Assembly (NCBI GenBank): GCA_963770895.1
Contig: CAVYRF010000001.1
Coordinates: forward strand, 1,184,001 to 1,248,000
DNA length: 64,000 bases
Direction: 5' to 3'
Origin: an uncultured Acidobacteriota bacterium
GTDB taxonomy: Bacteria > Acidobacteriota > Thermoanaerobaculia > Multivoradales > UBA5704
Shown here in pieces: positions 41,452 through 50,174 of the stretch. The notes beneath the pieces were generated by a model. The model searched no databases and was not told where the DNA came from. It worked only from the letters and a program-made list of their open reading frames with translations. The first letter of the stretch is position 1; every line of letters begins with the position of its first letter. The position numbers and the translations under genes are program-made.

Positions 41452-41504
41452 CACGCCTCGATGAGCCTGAATTCGGACCGCGTCGTGTTCGGGCAGGGCT
41501 GATT

Positions 41505-41579
41505 GCCCCGACCGCGACGCGCCCTGCGGCGCGTGCGCGATCGCGGCTGGGGCGCGAGTGCGGTGTCCTGCCGCGCCGG
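41505..41579 (+). repeat. Bulged-hairpin dispersed repeat, copy R3
   Basis: GCCCCGACCGCGACGCGCC-CTGC-GGCGCGTGCGCGATCGCGGC plus 3' extension to ...TGCCGCGCCGG. Confidence 0.9.
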
Positions 41580-41670
41580 AACGCTGGTGCGTCCGCCCGA
41601 GGTGCTGGCGCGGTTGCGGGAGGCGCTGGACGGCGGATGCTGCTCAAGGCGCACCCTGAGCGCCAGGTCC

Positions 41671-41715
41671 CATCACGCATTGCCATCTGGTGCGAACTTT
41701 CCTATCATCACGCAT
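41671..41715 (+). promoter_or_regulatory. Sigma70-type leaderless promoter of vapBC-2 with direct-repeat operator
   Basis: TTGCCA(41680)-17 bp-TATCAT(41703), ATG 8 nt later; CATCACGCAT at 41671 and 41706. Confidence 0.7.
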
Positions 41716-41716
41716 C

Positions 41717-41971
41717 ATGCGAACAACCGTCGACATCGTCGATCCGGTCCTGGTGGAGGTACGGCGCGAGCAGGAGCGGCAAGGCAAGACCCTGGGCGAG
41801 GTGGTGTCGGAGCTTCTGGCCGAGGGGCTGGCGGCCCGCAGCCAGCGCAGCCAGGCCGCGCCCCCGCAGACGTTGCAGTGGGTTGCCAAGGATCTGAGGT
41901 GCCGGATCGACCTGCGCGACAAGGAAGCGCTGTGGACTCTGCTCGACCATGAGGCGCTTCACGAGCCGTGA
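41717..41971 (+). CDS. vapB: RHH-type antitoxin
   Basis: MRTTVDIVDPVL...GKTLGEVVSELL...IDLRDKEAL; GTGA overlap with the toxin. Confidence 0.85.
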   Translation: MRTTVDIVDPVLVEVRREQERQGKTLGEVVSELLAEGLAARSQRSQAAPPQTLQWVAKDLRCRIDLRDKEALWTLLDHEALHEP

Positions 41972-42405
41972 GCTTCAGCGTCGATGTCAATGTGCTGATC
42001 TACGCCTCCGACAAAGGCAGCCCTCATCATGCGACCGCCCTCGCCTTCCTTGAGGAGCGGACCGCCGGGCGCGAGATCTTCTGCATCGCCTGGATGACCG
42101 CCATGTCGTATCTCCGGATCGTCACCCACCCGGGCGTCCTGGGCTCGCCTCTCCATCCCGAAGAGGCGCTCGCGAACCTCCGTACCCTCGCCAGACTGCC
42201 GCACGTGCACATGCTTTCCGAGGAGAAGGGTTTCCTGGATGCCTACAGCGAGGTCACGGGCGGCGAGCCGCTACGCGGCAGGCTCGTACCGGACGCCCAC
42301 CTCGCCGCCATCCTCCTGCAGCACGACGTGCGCAGGCTCTACACGAACGACTCCGATTTCCGCCGCTTCTCCTTCCTCGACGTCCAGAACCCCTTCGCAG
42401 CCTGA
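41968..42405 (+). CDS. vapC: PIN-domain toxin (mycobacterial-type VapC)
   Basis: VDVNVLIYA, YLRIVTHP, VPDAHLAA, TNDSDFRRF. Confidence 0.92.
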   Translation: MSFSVDVNVLIYASDKGSPHHATALAFLEERTAGREIFCIAWMTAMSYLRIVTHPGVLGSPLHPEEALANLRTLARLPHVHMLSEEKGFLDAYSEVTGGEPLRGRLVPDAHLAAILLQHDVRRLYTNDSDFRRFSFLDVQNPFAA

Positions 42406-42453
42406 CCCGTTACCACTCAGCCGTCTGCCGCGCAACGCCGCTTTCACGTTGAC

Positions 42454-42528
42454 GCCCCGACCGCGACGCGCCTTGCGGCGCGTGCGCGATCGCGGCCGGG
42501 GGGCGAGTGCAGTGTCTTGCCGCACCGG
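42454..42528 (+). repeat. Bulged-hairpin dispersed repeat, copy R4
   Basis: GCCCCGACCGCGACGCGCC-TTGC-GGCGCGTGCGCGATCGCGGC plus 3' extension; nearly identical to R3. Confidence 0.9.
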
Positions 42529-42736
42529 GAGGCTGGCTGGCGGTCGGCGTCACGCCGATCCAAGGATGGCGCCGTTGCGCGACACCACTACCTAAAGGGC
42601 TTTCAGTTGCGGCGATCCGCGTTGGCAAGTCGCTTTGCTGCAGCCTTTCCCGGCCCGAGCGCAGTCGCGCCGCCAGGCGCCGCGCCCAGTCGTCGTTTTG
42701 AGCGATCATTTCTAGCCGGCAAGCGGCAATCAGCGA

Positions 42737-42994
42737 TCAGCCCTTCAGGGTCGTGGGGTCGATGCCGCGACGCTTCCAGAAGGCGCGGAAGTTCGCGTCT
42801 TCCCAGAGGTCTCTCTGCCGCTGCTCTTCTTCAATGGAGCGGTGCCGGTAGACGCCTGGGGGGAACCGCTTGGGGCAGGTGCGCTCGGCGAAGGACCAGA
42901 CGCCGGCGATGGCGTGCAGAAGCTCGGGAGTTCCCGGCTCGTGCCAGAGGGAATCTTCCATCTCTTGCAGATCGCGGAACCTGCGGACGGGCAT
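42737..42994 (-). CDS. Small hypothetical protein (85 aa)
   Basis: GGAGA RBS; protein-like composition; MPVRRFRDLQEM...FPPGVYRHRSIEE. Confidence 0.7.
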   Translation of the reverse strand: MPVRRFRDLQEMEDSLWHEPGTPELLHAIAGVWSFAERTCPKRFPPGVYRHRSIEEEQRQRDLWEDANFRAFWKRRGIDPTTLKG

Positions 42995-43022
42995 CCATCG
43001 TCTCCCAGGTTGCAGCGGCGGT

Positions 43023-44873
43023 TCAGTCAGCCGGCTTGGCGGTGGCCAGGGCGTGGAGCTCGGAGAGGGAGCGGATGATGCCGCCGCGGACGACCCAGCG
43101 GAGGCGGCGGAGGTTGGCGATGTCGGCTTCGGGGTCGGCGGCGACGACCAGGAGGTCGGCCAGCTTGCCTTTCTCCAGGGTGCCCAGGTCCTTGGCGCGG
43201 CCCATGGCGGTGGCGCTGCCGCGGGTGGCGGCGACCAGGACGACGCGCGGCGGCAGGCCGGCGCGCTGCATGGCCTCCATCTCGGCGTAGACGGAGACTC
43301 CGTGGAGGGTCAGCGGGTTGCCCGCGTCGGTGCCCATGGCGATGGGGATGCCGGCGCGGTAGACCTGCATCAGGTTGGCCGCCGCGACGCTTTCGCGGTC
43401 GGCGGTGCGCTTGGCGGAGGTGGCAAGCTGCGCGGCGGTGCGCGCGGCTGTAACCGCGGCGATGTCGGGCGAGGCGGTCTCGGCCACGCGGGCCAGGGTG
43501 TCGGGATCGACGCAGCCGTTGGGATCGTCGACCGCCGGGGGCTGGTGGCTGGCGGCGCTTTCGAACATGCGCTGGTAGCCGCGCCCGACGGTGAGGGTGG
43601 GGCAGTAGAGGGTGCCCTGGCGCTTGGCCAGGTCGAGAAACTCCGCGTCGACCGCCAGGTCCCAGACGCTGTGGACCAGCAGGTGGGCACCGGAGCGCAG
43701 GGCCGCCTTGGCTTCGGCCAGGCCGGTGGCGTGGACGATGAGCGGCAGGTGGCGGAGCTTCGCTTCGTCGCCGGCCGCGGCGACCAGCGGCTCCAGCTCG
43801 GGGATCGGCTTGCTGGGGATGAACCAGACCTTGACCGCGGCGGCGCCGGCGGTTGCCAGGTAGCGCACGCCCTCGCGCGCCGCGGCTTGGTCGTGCAGGA
43901 AGATGAACTGCCGCTCGGCCGGCAGGTTGAGCCAGTGTTCGAGGGTGGAGAGCAGCGGGCCGGCGGCGGCGACGCGCGGCACGGTGGGCTCGGTTTCGGA
44001 CGATGCGGGCAGGGAGAGCGTCCACGGATAGCCGCCGACGTCAAAGACGGACGTCACGCCGGAGCACAGGTAGGTGCGGCCGAAACGCTCGGGGTGGCGG
44101 CGCAATCCGGCCTCCACCTGGTCGTACGGATGCTTGGCGCGCACGTCGATCGAATCCGGGCGGCCGTCCGCCCAGCCGGTCTGCGAAAAGTGCACGTGGG
44201 CATCGATGACGCCCGGCGTGATCCACGACCCGGACACGTCCAGGATGTTGGTGTCATACGGGATGGGGCAGGCGGAGCGCGCACCGGCGCACTCGATCTT
44301 GCCGTCCTTGATCAGCACCACGGCATCCTTGACGGGCGGCGCGCCGGTGCCGTCGAGCAGGGTGCCGCCGACCAGCGCGCGCGGCGGCGGCGAGGTGCCC
44401 GGCGGCTCCTGGAAGGCGGTGGTGACGGTGATCTTCCAGCCGGCGGCGGTCTTGACGAACAGGCGCTCCGACAGCCCCGCCACCTCCTGCGCGCCGTAGC
44501 GCACGCGGTAGCGGTAGGTGCCGTAGACCAGGCCGGGACGCAGCGCCACCAGGTGCAGGTCGCTGGCGTCGATGTGGTCGGGCCACCCCGAGCCGATGCC
44601 GGCGGCGAGCCCGGCGCGCCCCAGCTCGAAGCCGTCGGGGCCGGTGCGCGGCAGGTCGGCGGAATCCAGATAGCAATCCAGGTAGGCCTTGGCGTCGCGG
44701 TCCCGGATGGCCTGCAGGTTGGCCTGGAACACCACCCGTGCCTCCGCCACCTCGGAAGGCACCGATGCCGGCGCGGCAGGGGGCGGCGCGGTGGGCGCGG
44801 CAGGGACCTGGCCGGCGACGGCCAGCAGGCACGACAGCACCGACAGCGACACCAGCGGCAGACGCGCCTTCAT
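43023..44873 (-). CDS. Secreted amidohydrolase with an N-terminal NTF2/DUF4440-like domain
   Basis: Start MKARL (44873); N-domain ...GLSERLFVKTAAGWKI; PGVIDAHVH, IVHA, LVHS, MGTDAG, GKLADLLV. Confidence 0.88.
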   Translation of the reverse strand: MKARLPLVSLSVLSCLLAVAGQVPAAPTAPPPAAPASVPSEVAEARVVFQANLQAIRDRDAKAYLDCYLDSADLPRTGPDGFELGRAGLAAGIGSGWPDHIDASDLHLVALRPGLVYGTYRYRVRYGAQEVAGLSERLFVKTAAGWKITVTTAFQEPPGTSPPPRALVGGTLLDGTGAPPVKDAVVLIKDGKIECAGARSACPIPYDTNILDVSGSWITPGVIDAHVHFSQTGWADGRPDSIDVRAKHPYDQVEAGLRRHPERFGRTYLCSGVTSVFDVGGYPWTLSLPASSETEPTVPRVAAAGPLLSTLEHWLNLPAERQFIFLHDQAAAREGVRYLATAGAAAVKVWFIPSKPIPELEPLVAAAGDEAKLRHLPLIVHATGLAEAKAALRSGAHLLVHSVWDLAVDAEFLDLAKRQGTLYCPTLTVGRGYQRMFESAASHQPPAVDDPNGCVDPDTLARVAETASPDIAAVTAARTAAQLATSAKRTADRESVAAANLMQVYRAGIPIAMGTDAGNPLTLHGVSVYAEMEAMQRAGLPPRVVLVAATRGSATAMGRAKDLGTLEKGKLADLLVVAADPEADIANLRRLRWVVRGGIIRSLSELHALATAKPAD

Positions 44874-44993
44874 CGCAGCCTCCTCTTCTCGGGTTGCTCG
44901 CTGCCGCACCATAGCGGGCAACTGCCGCCCGGCGCAAGCCGGCCCGTCCCCCTGGCTGCAAGCGGTGACGGGCCGGCGGGGGAGGGTGCCCGC

Positions 44994-45716
44994 TCAATAG
45001 CGGTCGTGATGGCGGACCCAGGCCATGCCGTGGCGCAGGCCGGCTTCGTCGCGGCCCTTGGGCACCAGGTCGAGGTAGTTGTAGGCGCCGATCAGGATGT
45101 CGAGGCCGCGGGCGTACGTCGAATAGGTGTGGAAGATGGCGCCGTCCTGATCGCGGGCGAATACGCTCAGGCCGGGCGCTTCGTCGCCGGCAAAGCCGGA
45201 CGGCTCGTAGTTGTAGAGGACCTTCCCGTTCCCCTGAGCGCGGTCCTCGGGCGTGAAGGAGACGTGGAAGTCGTGGTTGAAGCTGTTGCCGGCGGACGAA
45301 ACCCACTTGAACCGCCAGCCCATGCGCTGCCGGAAGGCTTCGATCTGGGGCAGCGGGGCGTGCGACACGACGGCCAGGGTGACGTCGCGCTGCGCCAGGT
45401 GCACGACGCTGCCGTCGATGTGATCGGCGATCAGCGAGCAGCTGGGGCAGCCCTGCTCCCATCCGGCGCCGAACATGAAGTGATAGATCACCAGCTGGCT
45501 GTTGCCGGCGAACAGGTCGGCCAGGGTCTGCTTGCCATCCGGGCCGTCGAAGACGTAGGGCGTTTCGACGCGCACCCAGGGCAGCGTCCGGCGCGCGGCG
45601 CTCAGGTCGTCGCGCTGGCGCGTGAAGAGCTTCTCCTTGGCCAGCAGGTCCTTGCGGGCGGCCAGCCATTCGGCGTGCGAAACCACCGGGGGATGTTCGA
45701 TCTGCTGCTCGGGCAT
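44994..45716 (-). CDS. DUF899 thioredoxin-like protein
   Basis: EWLAARKDLLAKEK, YHFMFG, GCPSCS, HTYSTYARG, LDLVPKGRDE, WVRHHDRY. Confidence 0.92.
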   Translation of the reverse strand: MPEQQIEHPPVVSHAEWLAARKDLLAKEKLFTRQRDDLSAARRTLPWVRVETPYVFDGPDGKQTLADLFAGNSQLVIYHFMFGAGWEQGCPSCSLIADHIDGSVVHLAQRDVTLAVVSHAPLPQIEAFRQRMGWRFKWVSSAGNSFNHDFHVSFTPEDRAQGNGKVLYNYEPSGFAGDEAPGLSVFARDQDGAIFHTYSTYARGLDILIGAYNYLDLVPKGRDEAGLRHGMAWVRHHDRY

Positions 45717-45745
45717 TGACGATCTCCTCGATGTTGGTGTGGCGG

Positions 45746-45943
45746 CTACGACGACGACGAGGGCCGCTGCGGTTCCTGGCCGCTGTCCGTCGCGGGGGAG
45801 CCGCCGGCGGCGCGGGCCATGCCCCGCTGGTGCCGCGGTCTGCGCAGGGCGCGCGCGGTCCAGCCGCCCGCCGCGGCTGCCGATGCGGCCGAAGCCAGGC
45901 CGGAAACGATCCACGCCGCATTGGCGAAGCATGCTGGGCACAT
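45746..45943 (-). CDS. Small protein with N-terminal CPAC motif and a hydrophobic helix
   Basis: GAGGAGG RBS; MCPACFANAAWIVSGLA; in operon between SRPBCC and DUF899. Confidence 0.7.
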   Translation of the reverse strand: MCPACFANAAWIVSGLASAASAAAAGGWTARALRRPRHQRGMARAAGGSPATDSGQEPQRPSSSS

Positions 45944-45988
45944 GGTTCCTCCTCGCGATCGGCTGGGCGGTAACGGGGCAGCGGCAGC

Positions 45989-46450
45989 TCAAGCCGGCGC
46001 TTGCGACGCCTCGGCCGCGCGGCGGGTGGCGTCCAGGATGTGGGTCCAGCCCTTGGTCACGCCCTGCTTGAAGTTGGCTGGCATGAACCCGAAGGCGGTA
46101 TGGCGAAAGGTGATCAGGGTGCCGCCGTCGACTTCGGACAGGCGGTACTGGACGTTCGAGATCACCGCGGAGGACATCGCGAGCGGCCCCGTCATCTCCA
46201 GCAGCGTCGGGCGTTTGATGGCCTGCACGACGCCCCAGAAGTGACCGTTGTCGTCGCCCAGGTCGCGGTACCACCTGCCGCCGGGACGCGCTTCGAGCTT
46301 CATCGACAGCGACTTGCCCTCCAGGGTTTCGAAGCCGGGGCCGACCTGCTCCAGGAGCGCCGCAAAGGTCGTTTCGAGCGAGGCGCGGACGTGGCTTTCC
46401 AGGGTGATCTCGAGGGTCAGGTCTTCCGTGATGGACGGACTGGCGATCAT
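45989..46450 (-). CDS. SRPBCC/AHA1-domain protein
   Basis: LEARPGGRWYRD, WGVVQAIKRPTLLE, GWTHIL; ATGA overlap with ArsR. Confidence 0.88.
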   Translation of the reverse strand: MIASPSITEDLTLEITLESHVRASLETTFAALLEQVGPGFETLEGKSLSMKLEARPGGRWYRDLGDDNGHFWGVVQAIKRPTLLEMTGPLAMSSAVISNVQYRLSEVDGGTLITFRHTAFGFMPANFKQGVTKGWTHILDATRRAAEASQAPA

Positions 46451-46836
46451 GGTTTCTCCTTTGTGTTGGGTTCGTCTGACGTGGGTTCAAGCCGGACGGG
46501 CGGCGGCCCGTCGGGGCTCATCCGTTCGGCGGTTTCCTTGATCCTGTCCAGTTGATGCCGCCAGAAGCGCTCGAACTGCCCCGCCCATTCGTGCAGCGGG
46601 CGGATCGCCTCGCCGTTGACCCGGTACAGCATCCGGCGGCCGTCGCGGCGCACGCGCACCAGCCCCACGTCGCGCAGCACCCGCAGGTGCTTGGACACGG
46701 ACGGTTGATCGGTGCCCAGCGCGGCCACGATGTCGCCCACCTGGCGCTCCGACAGCGCCAGGAAGGCCAGGATCTGGCGCCGCCGCGGTTCGGCGACGGC
46801 GTTCCAGGCATCCGAAGTGGTAGCGGCTCGCGGCAT
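46447..46836 (-). CDS. ArsR/SmtB-family regulator
   Basis: AVAEPRRRQIL, QPSVSKHLRVLRDVGLV, W...FERFW. Confidence 0.92.
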   Translation of the reverse strand: MPRAATTSDAWNAVAEPRRRQILAFLALSERQVGDIVAALGTDQPSVSKHLRVLRDVGLVRVRRDGRRMLYRVNGEAIRPLHEWAGQFERFWRHQLDRIKETAERMSPDGPPPVRLEPTSDEPNTKEKP

Positions 46837-46843
46837 GGTCCCC

Positions 46844-46870
46844 ATTATACATGCCTATATGGGAATGTAT
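46844..46870 (-). promoter_or_regulatory. -10 box and palindromic ArsR operator
   Basis: TATAAT on the minus strand (46849-46844), 7 nt before ATG; imperfect palindrome ATACATGCCTATATGGGAATGTAT. Confidence 0.7.
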
Positions 46871-46930
46871 AGAGGGGGGCGTGCTCCGGGCGCGCCAGGC
46901 GCGCCGCCGGCCTTGCCCTGGCGCGCCGCC

Positions 46931-48433
46931 TCAGTCGTCGGCCGGCGCGCCGTCCTTGATCACGAAGCGGGCGTCCAGGCGTGCCACCTCGGAGGCCAGC
47001 CCGGCCAGCTTGACCGAGCGCAGGACCTCCTCGAAGTCCTTGTAGGCCGCCGGCGCCTCGTCGATCGGGTAGACGCGGGTGTTGGTCAGGATGTCGCGCT
47101 CGGCGAACGAGCGGTCGACCTCCCGCTGGTCGAGCTGGCGGGCAGCCTGCTTGCGGCCGAGCGCGCGGCCGGCGCCGTGATTGACGCTGAAGCGGGCCAG
47201 CGCCGCCCCCGGATCGGCCACCATCACCGCCGAACCGGCCTGCGGGTTGCCCGGCAGCAGGATCGGATGGCCGATGGCCGCGAACGGCGTGCCCGCCAAC
47301 TCCGGGTGGCCGCCCGGAAAGGCGCGCGTGGCGCCCTTGCGGTGCACCCACATGGGCTTGCCAAGGACGCTTTCGCGCCGCGCGATGTTGTGGCTGATGA
47401 AGTACACCAGCCGCCCGGTGACGCCGGGAAAGACCACGCCGAAGGCCTCCAGCACCAGGGCATTGATCAGCAGGTGGTTGACGGTGGCGAAGTTGGCCCC
47501 CAGCGCCATGTCGTCCAGGTAGCGATCCGCCTCGGGCGTGCCGAGCGGCGCATAGACCAGCTCGCGGTCGCCCGCCGGCAGCGGCAGGTGCCAGCGCTCG
47601 AACTGTTCGCGCAGCACGCGAAACTGCCGCTGCGCCAGGTCGTGGCCGAAGCCGCGCGAGCCGCAGTGCGACAGAAACGCGACCTGGCCGTCGCGCAGGC
47701 CGAACGCCTCGGCGGCCCGCGCCGCACGCTCGCCGCCGCCCACCTTGACCACTTCGCACTCACCGAAGTGGTTGCCGCCGCCATAAGAGCCCAGCTGCTG
47801 CATCTTTTCGCCGAACTTGGCGAAGCCGCCGTCGGACCGCAGCTGGTCCAACCGGGCGCGCAGGGTGTCGGCGGTGCCGTCGTGCCCCAGGTGGTGCCAA
47901 TCCTCGCAGCGCTCCGCCCATTCGACGGGAATGCCGAGCGCGGTGCACACCGCCGCCGCGGCGCCCTCGGTCGCCACCGCCCGCCCCAGCTCCTCGTCGA
48001 CGCGGCGCGCCTTGCGCACGCTGCGCTGGCCCTTGCCGGCGCCGGTCGGCACGCGCTGACCGATCTCGTTGATCAGCGCCCGCCGCAGCCGCGGATCGGC
48101 GATCGCGTCGGCCGGCAGATCGAGCTGCAGCAAGCTCATCGAGCACTTGATGTCGACCCCCACCGGGCCGGGATAGATGTGCGTCGGCGACGTCAGCACG
48201 CAGCCGACCGGCGCCCCGTAGCCGCGGTGCGCGTCGGGATTGAGCACCAGCTCGGCGACCCCCGGCGCGCTGCGGGCGTTGATCGCCTGCTGCAGACACA
48301 CCTGGTCCAGCCCATCGCGGATCGGCGCCGTGCCGATGACCTGGATGGGAGCCAGCCGGCCATCCTGGACCGGCAGGATGGCAGTCGCTTCGCCGGTGGG
48401 GATGAGCGGCGGGACAGGGGTTTCATGGATCAC
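46931..48433 (-). CDS. rtcB: RtcB-family RNA ligase
   Basis: GGGAGG RBS + GTG 48433; PDAHRGYG, VGVDIKC, GGGNHF, HCGSRG, HN, HRKGAT, NHGAGR, DEAPAAYK. Confidence 0.92.
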   Translation of the reverse strand: MIHETPVPPLIPTGEATAILPVQDGRLAPIQVIGTAPIRDGLDQVCLQQAINARSAPGVAELVLNPDAHRGYGAPVGCVLTSPTHIYPGPVGVDIKCSMSLLQLDLPADAIADPRLRRALINEIGQRVPTGAGKGQRSVRKARRVDEELGRAVATEGAAAAVCTALGIPVEWAERCEDWHHLGHDGTADTLRARLDQLRSDGGFAKFGEKMQQLGSYGGGNHFGECEVVKVGGGERAARAAEAFGLRDGQVAFLSHCGSRGFGHDLAQRQFRVLREQFERWHLPLPAGDRELVYAPLGTPEADRYLDDMALGANFATVNHLLINALVLEAFGVVFPGVTGRLVYFISHNIARRESVLGKPMWVHRKGATRAFPGGHPELAGTPFAAIGHPILLPGNPQAGSAVMVADPGAALARFSVNHGAGRALGRKQAARQLDQREVDRSFAERDILTNTRVYPIDEAPAAYKDFEEVLRSVKLAGLASEVARLDARFVIKDGAPADD

Positions 48434-48704
48434 GGTACAGCCCTCCCAAAAACCTTTCGCAACTTGCGAAGACGCGGCACCAGGCGCGGTGGCCCGCATT
48501 CTACGGCACCCGGCCGCTGCCGCTCTCGCCGGCACGGCCGCACCGCGGCCTTCGGCCGCGTCACCCGCCAACCTGGAGTTGCGCTTGCCTGGACCGCCGG
48601 CCGGGCGGCGGGTACACTGCTGCAGGTCAAGCGGGCACAACGGAGCGACGGTGGCGCCGGCGGGGAAGCGCCAGCGCCGGCCGGGCGCGAACGGAAAGGC
48701 GACG

Positions 48705-50174
48705 ATGGCCGACGACACGCAGGCGATTTCGCGCCGGGCTCTCCTGGGCGGTCTGGCCGCCGCCACGACCACTGCGGCGGCCGCGGCGGCGGCTGGCTTT
48801 GCGCTGGCTCCGGCCGGCGCCGGTGGCGGCCCCGGCGGCGGCGGAGCGGTTGGTGCAGCTGGGGCAGTTGGGGCAGCTGGGGCGGCGGCTTCGCAGACCA
48901 CCGGCGCGACAAAAGATGAGAGCGCGCCGCGCGCCGCCGGCACGCCCGCGCCGCGGGTTGCGGTCGTCGGGGCCGGCGCCTTTGGCGCGTTTACCGCTCT
49001 CTCGCTGCGCCGGCTGGGGGCGCAGGTGACGCTGGTCGACGCGTGGGGACCGGGCAACGCGCGCGCCAGCTCGGGCGGTGAGACGCGCGTCCTGCGCGGC
49101 GTCTACGCCGACCGCATCTACGTCGAGCTGGCGGCGCGCGCCTTTGCCGCCTGGGACCAACTGGAGCGCCAGACCGGCCGCACGTTCTTCCACCCGACCG
49201 GCGCCATCTGGCTGGTTGCCGACGATTCGGACTTCGTCGCCAAGGCGGCGGAAAACCTGCGTGCCGTCGGCTTCCCCTATGCGCACCTGGATACCGCCGA
49301 AGCGGCGCGCCGCTATCCGCAGATCGCCTTTGCCGGCGTGCGCTGGGTGCTGCGCGAGGAGCGCGCCGGCTACCTGATGGCGCGCGAGGCCTGCGCCGCG
49401 GCGGCGGCGGCGCTGGTCGCAGAGGGCGGGGAGTACCGCCTGGCGAAGGTCGAACCCGGCCAGGTCGCGGCGCAGCGCATGGCGCCGCTGCGGCTGAGCG
49501 ATGGCTCGACCCTGGCGGCCGACGCTTACGTCTTTGCGTGCGGCCCCTGGCTGGGCAGCCTGTTTCCCGGCATGCTGGGCAGCCGCATCGCGCCCACCCG
49601 CCAGGAGGTGTTCTATTTTGGCGTGCCGGCGGGCGACGCGCGCTTCGAGCCGCCGGCGATGCCGGTGTGGGTCGAGGTCGGGGAGCGCCTGTTCTACGGC
49701 ATCCCCGGCAACGAGCGGCGCGGCTTCAAGGTCGCCGACGACACGCGCGGGCCGGCGTTCGACCCGACCAACGGCGAGCGCCTGGCCGGCGGCGAGGCGC
49801 TGGACCGCGCCCGGGCCCTGCTGGCGCGCCGGTTCCCGGCGCTGACCCACGCCCCGGTCGTCGAGTCGCGGGTCTGCCAATACGAAAACACCCCCGACCA
49901 CAACTTCATCCTGGACCGCCATCCGGGCGCCGCCAACGTCTGGCTGGTCGGCGGCGGCTCGGGGCACGGCTTCAAGTTCGCGCCCGCCTGGGGCCGGCAG
50001 GTCGCGGAGACGGTGCTCGGCCGGCGTCCGCTCGAACCGTTCTTCACCCTGCCGCGCCTGCAAGGGCTGGCCTGGAGCCCGCGCGACCTGCGCGGCGCCC
50101 GCACCGCCGGACCGGTGGGCGGGTCGGCCGCGCCAGGAGGGGCGCCGCCGTCGTCCACGGACGGCCAGACGTGA
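48705..50174 (+). CDS. Tat-signal FAD-dependent oxidoreductase (sarcosine oxidase-like)
   Basis: SRRALL; VVGAGAFG; SSGGETRV; CQYENTPD; GGSGHGFK. Confidence 0.9.
   Translation: MADDTQAISRRALLGGLAAATTTAAAAAAAGFALAPAGAGGGPGGGGAVGAAGAVGAAGAAASQTTGATKDESAPRAAGTPAPRVAVVGAGAFGAFTALSLRRLGAQVTLVDAWGPGNARASSGGETRVLRGVYADRIYVELAARAFAAWDQLERQTGRTFFHPTGAIWLVADDSDFVAKAAENLRAVGFPYAHLDTAEAARRYPQIAFAGVRWVLREERAGYLMAREACAAAAAALVAEGGEYRLAKVEPGQVAAQRMAPLRLSDGSTLAADAYVFACGPWLGSLFPGMLGSRIAPTRQEVFYFGVPAGDARFEPPAMPVWVEVGERLFYGIPGNERRGFKVADDTRGPAFDPTNGERLAGGEALDRARALLARRFPALTHAPVVESRVCQYENTPDHNFILDRHPGAANVWLVGGGSGHGFKFAPAWGRQVAETVLGRRPLEPFFTLPRLQGLAWSPRDLRGARTAGPVGGSAAPGGAPPSSTDGQT

Noticed and set aside
41580-41670. 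Possible PIN-gene C-terminal relic after R3 (LVRPPEVLARLREALD)
   Set aside because: Too short to support without a search
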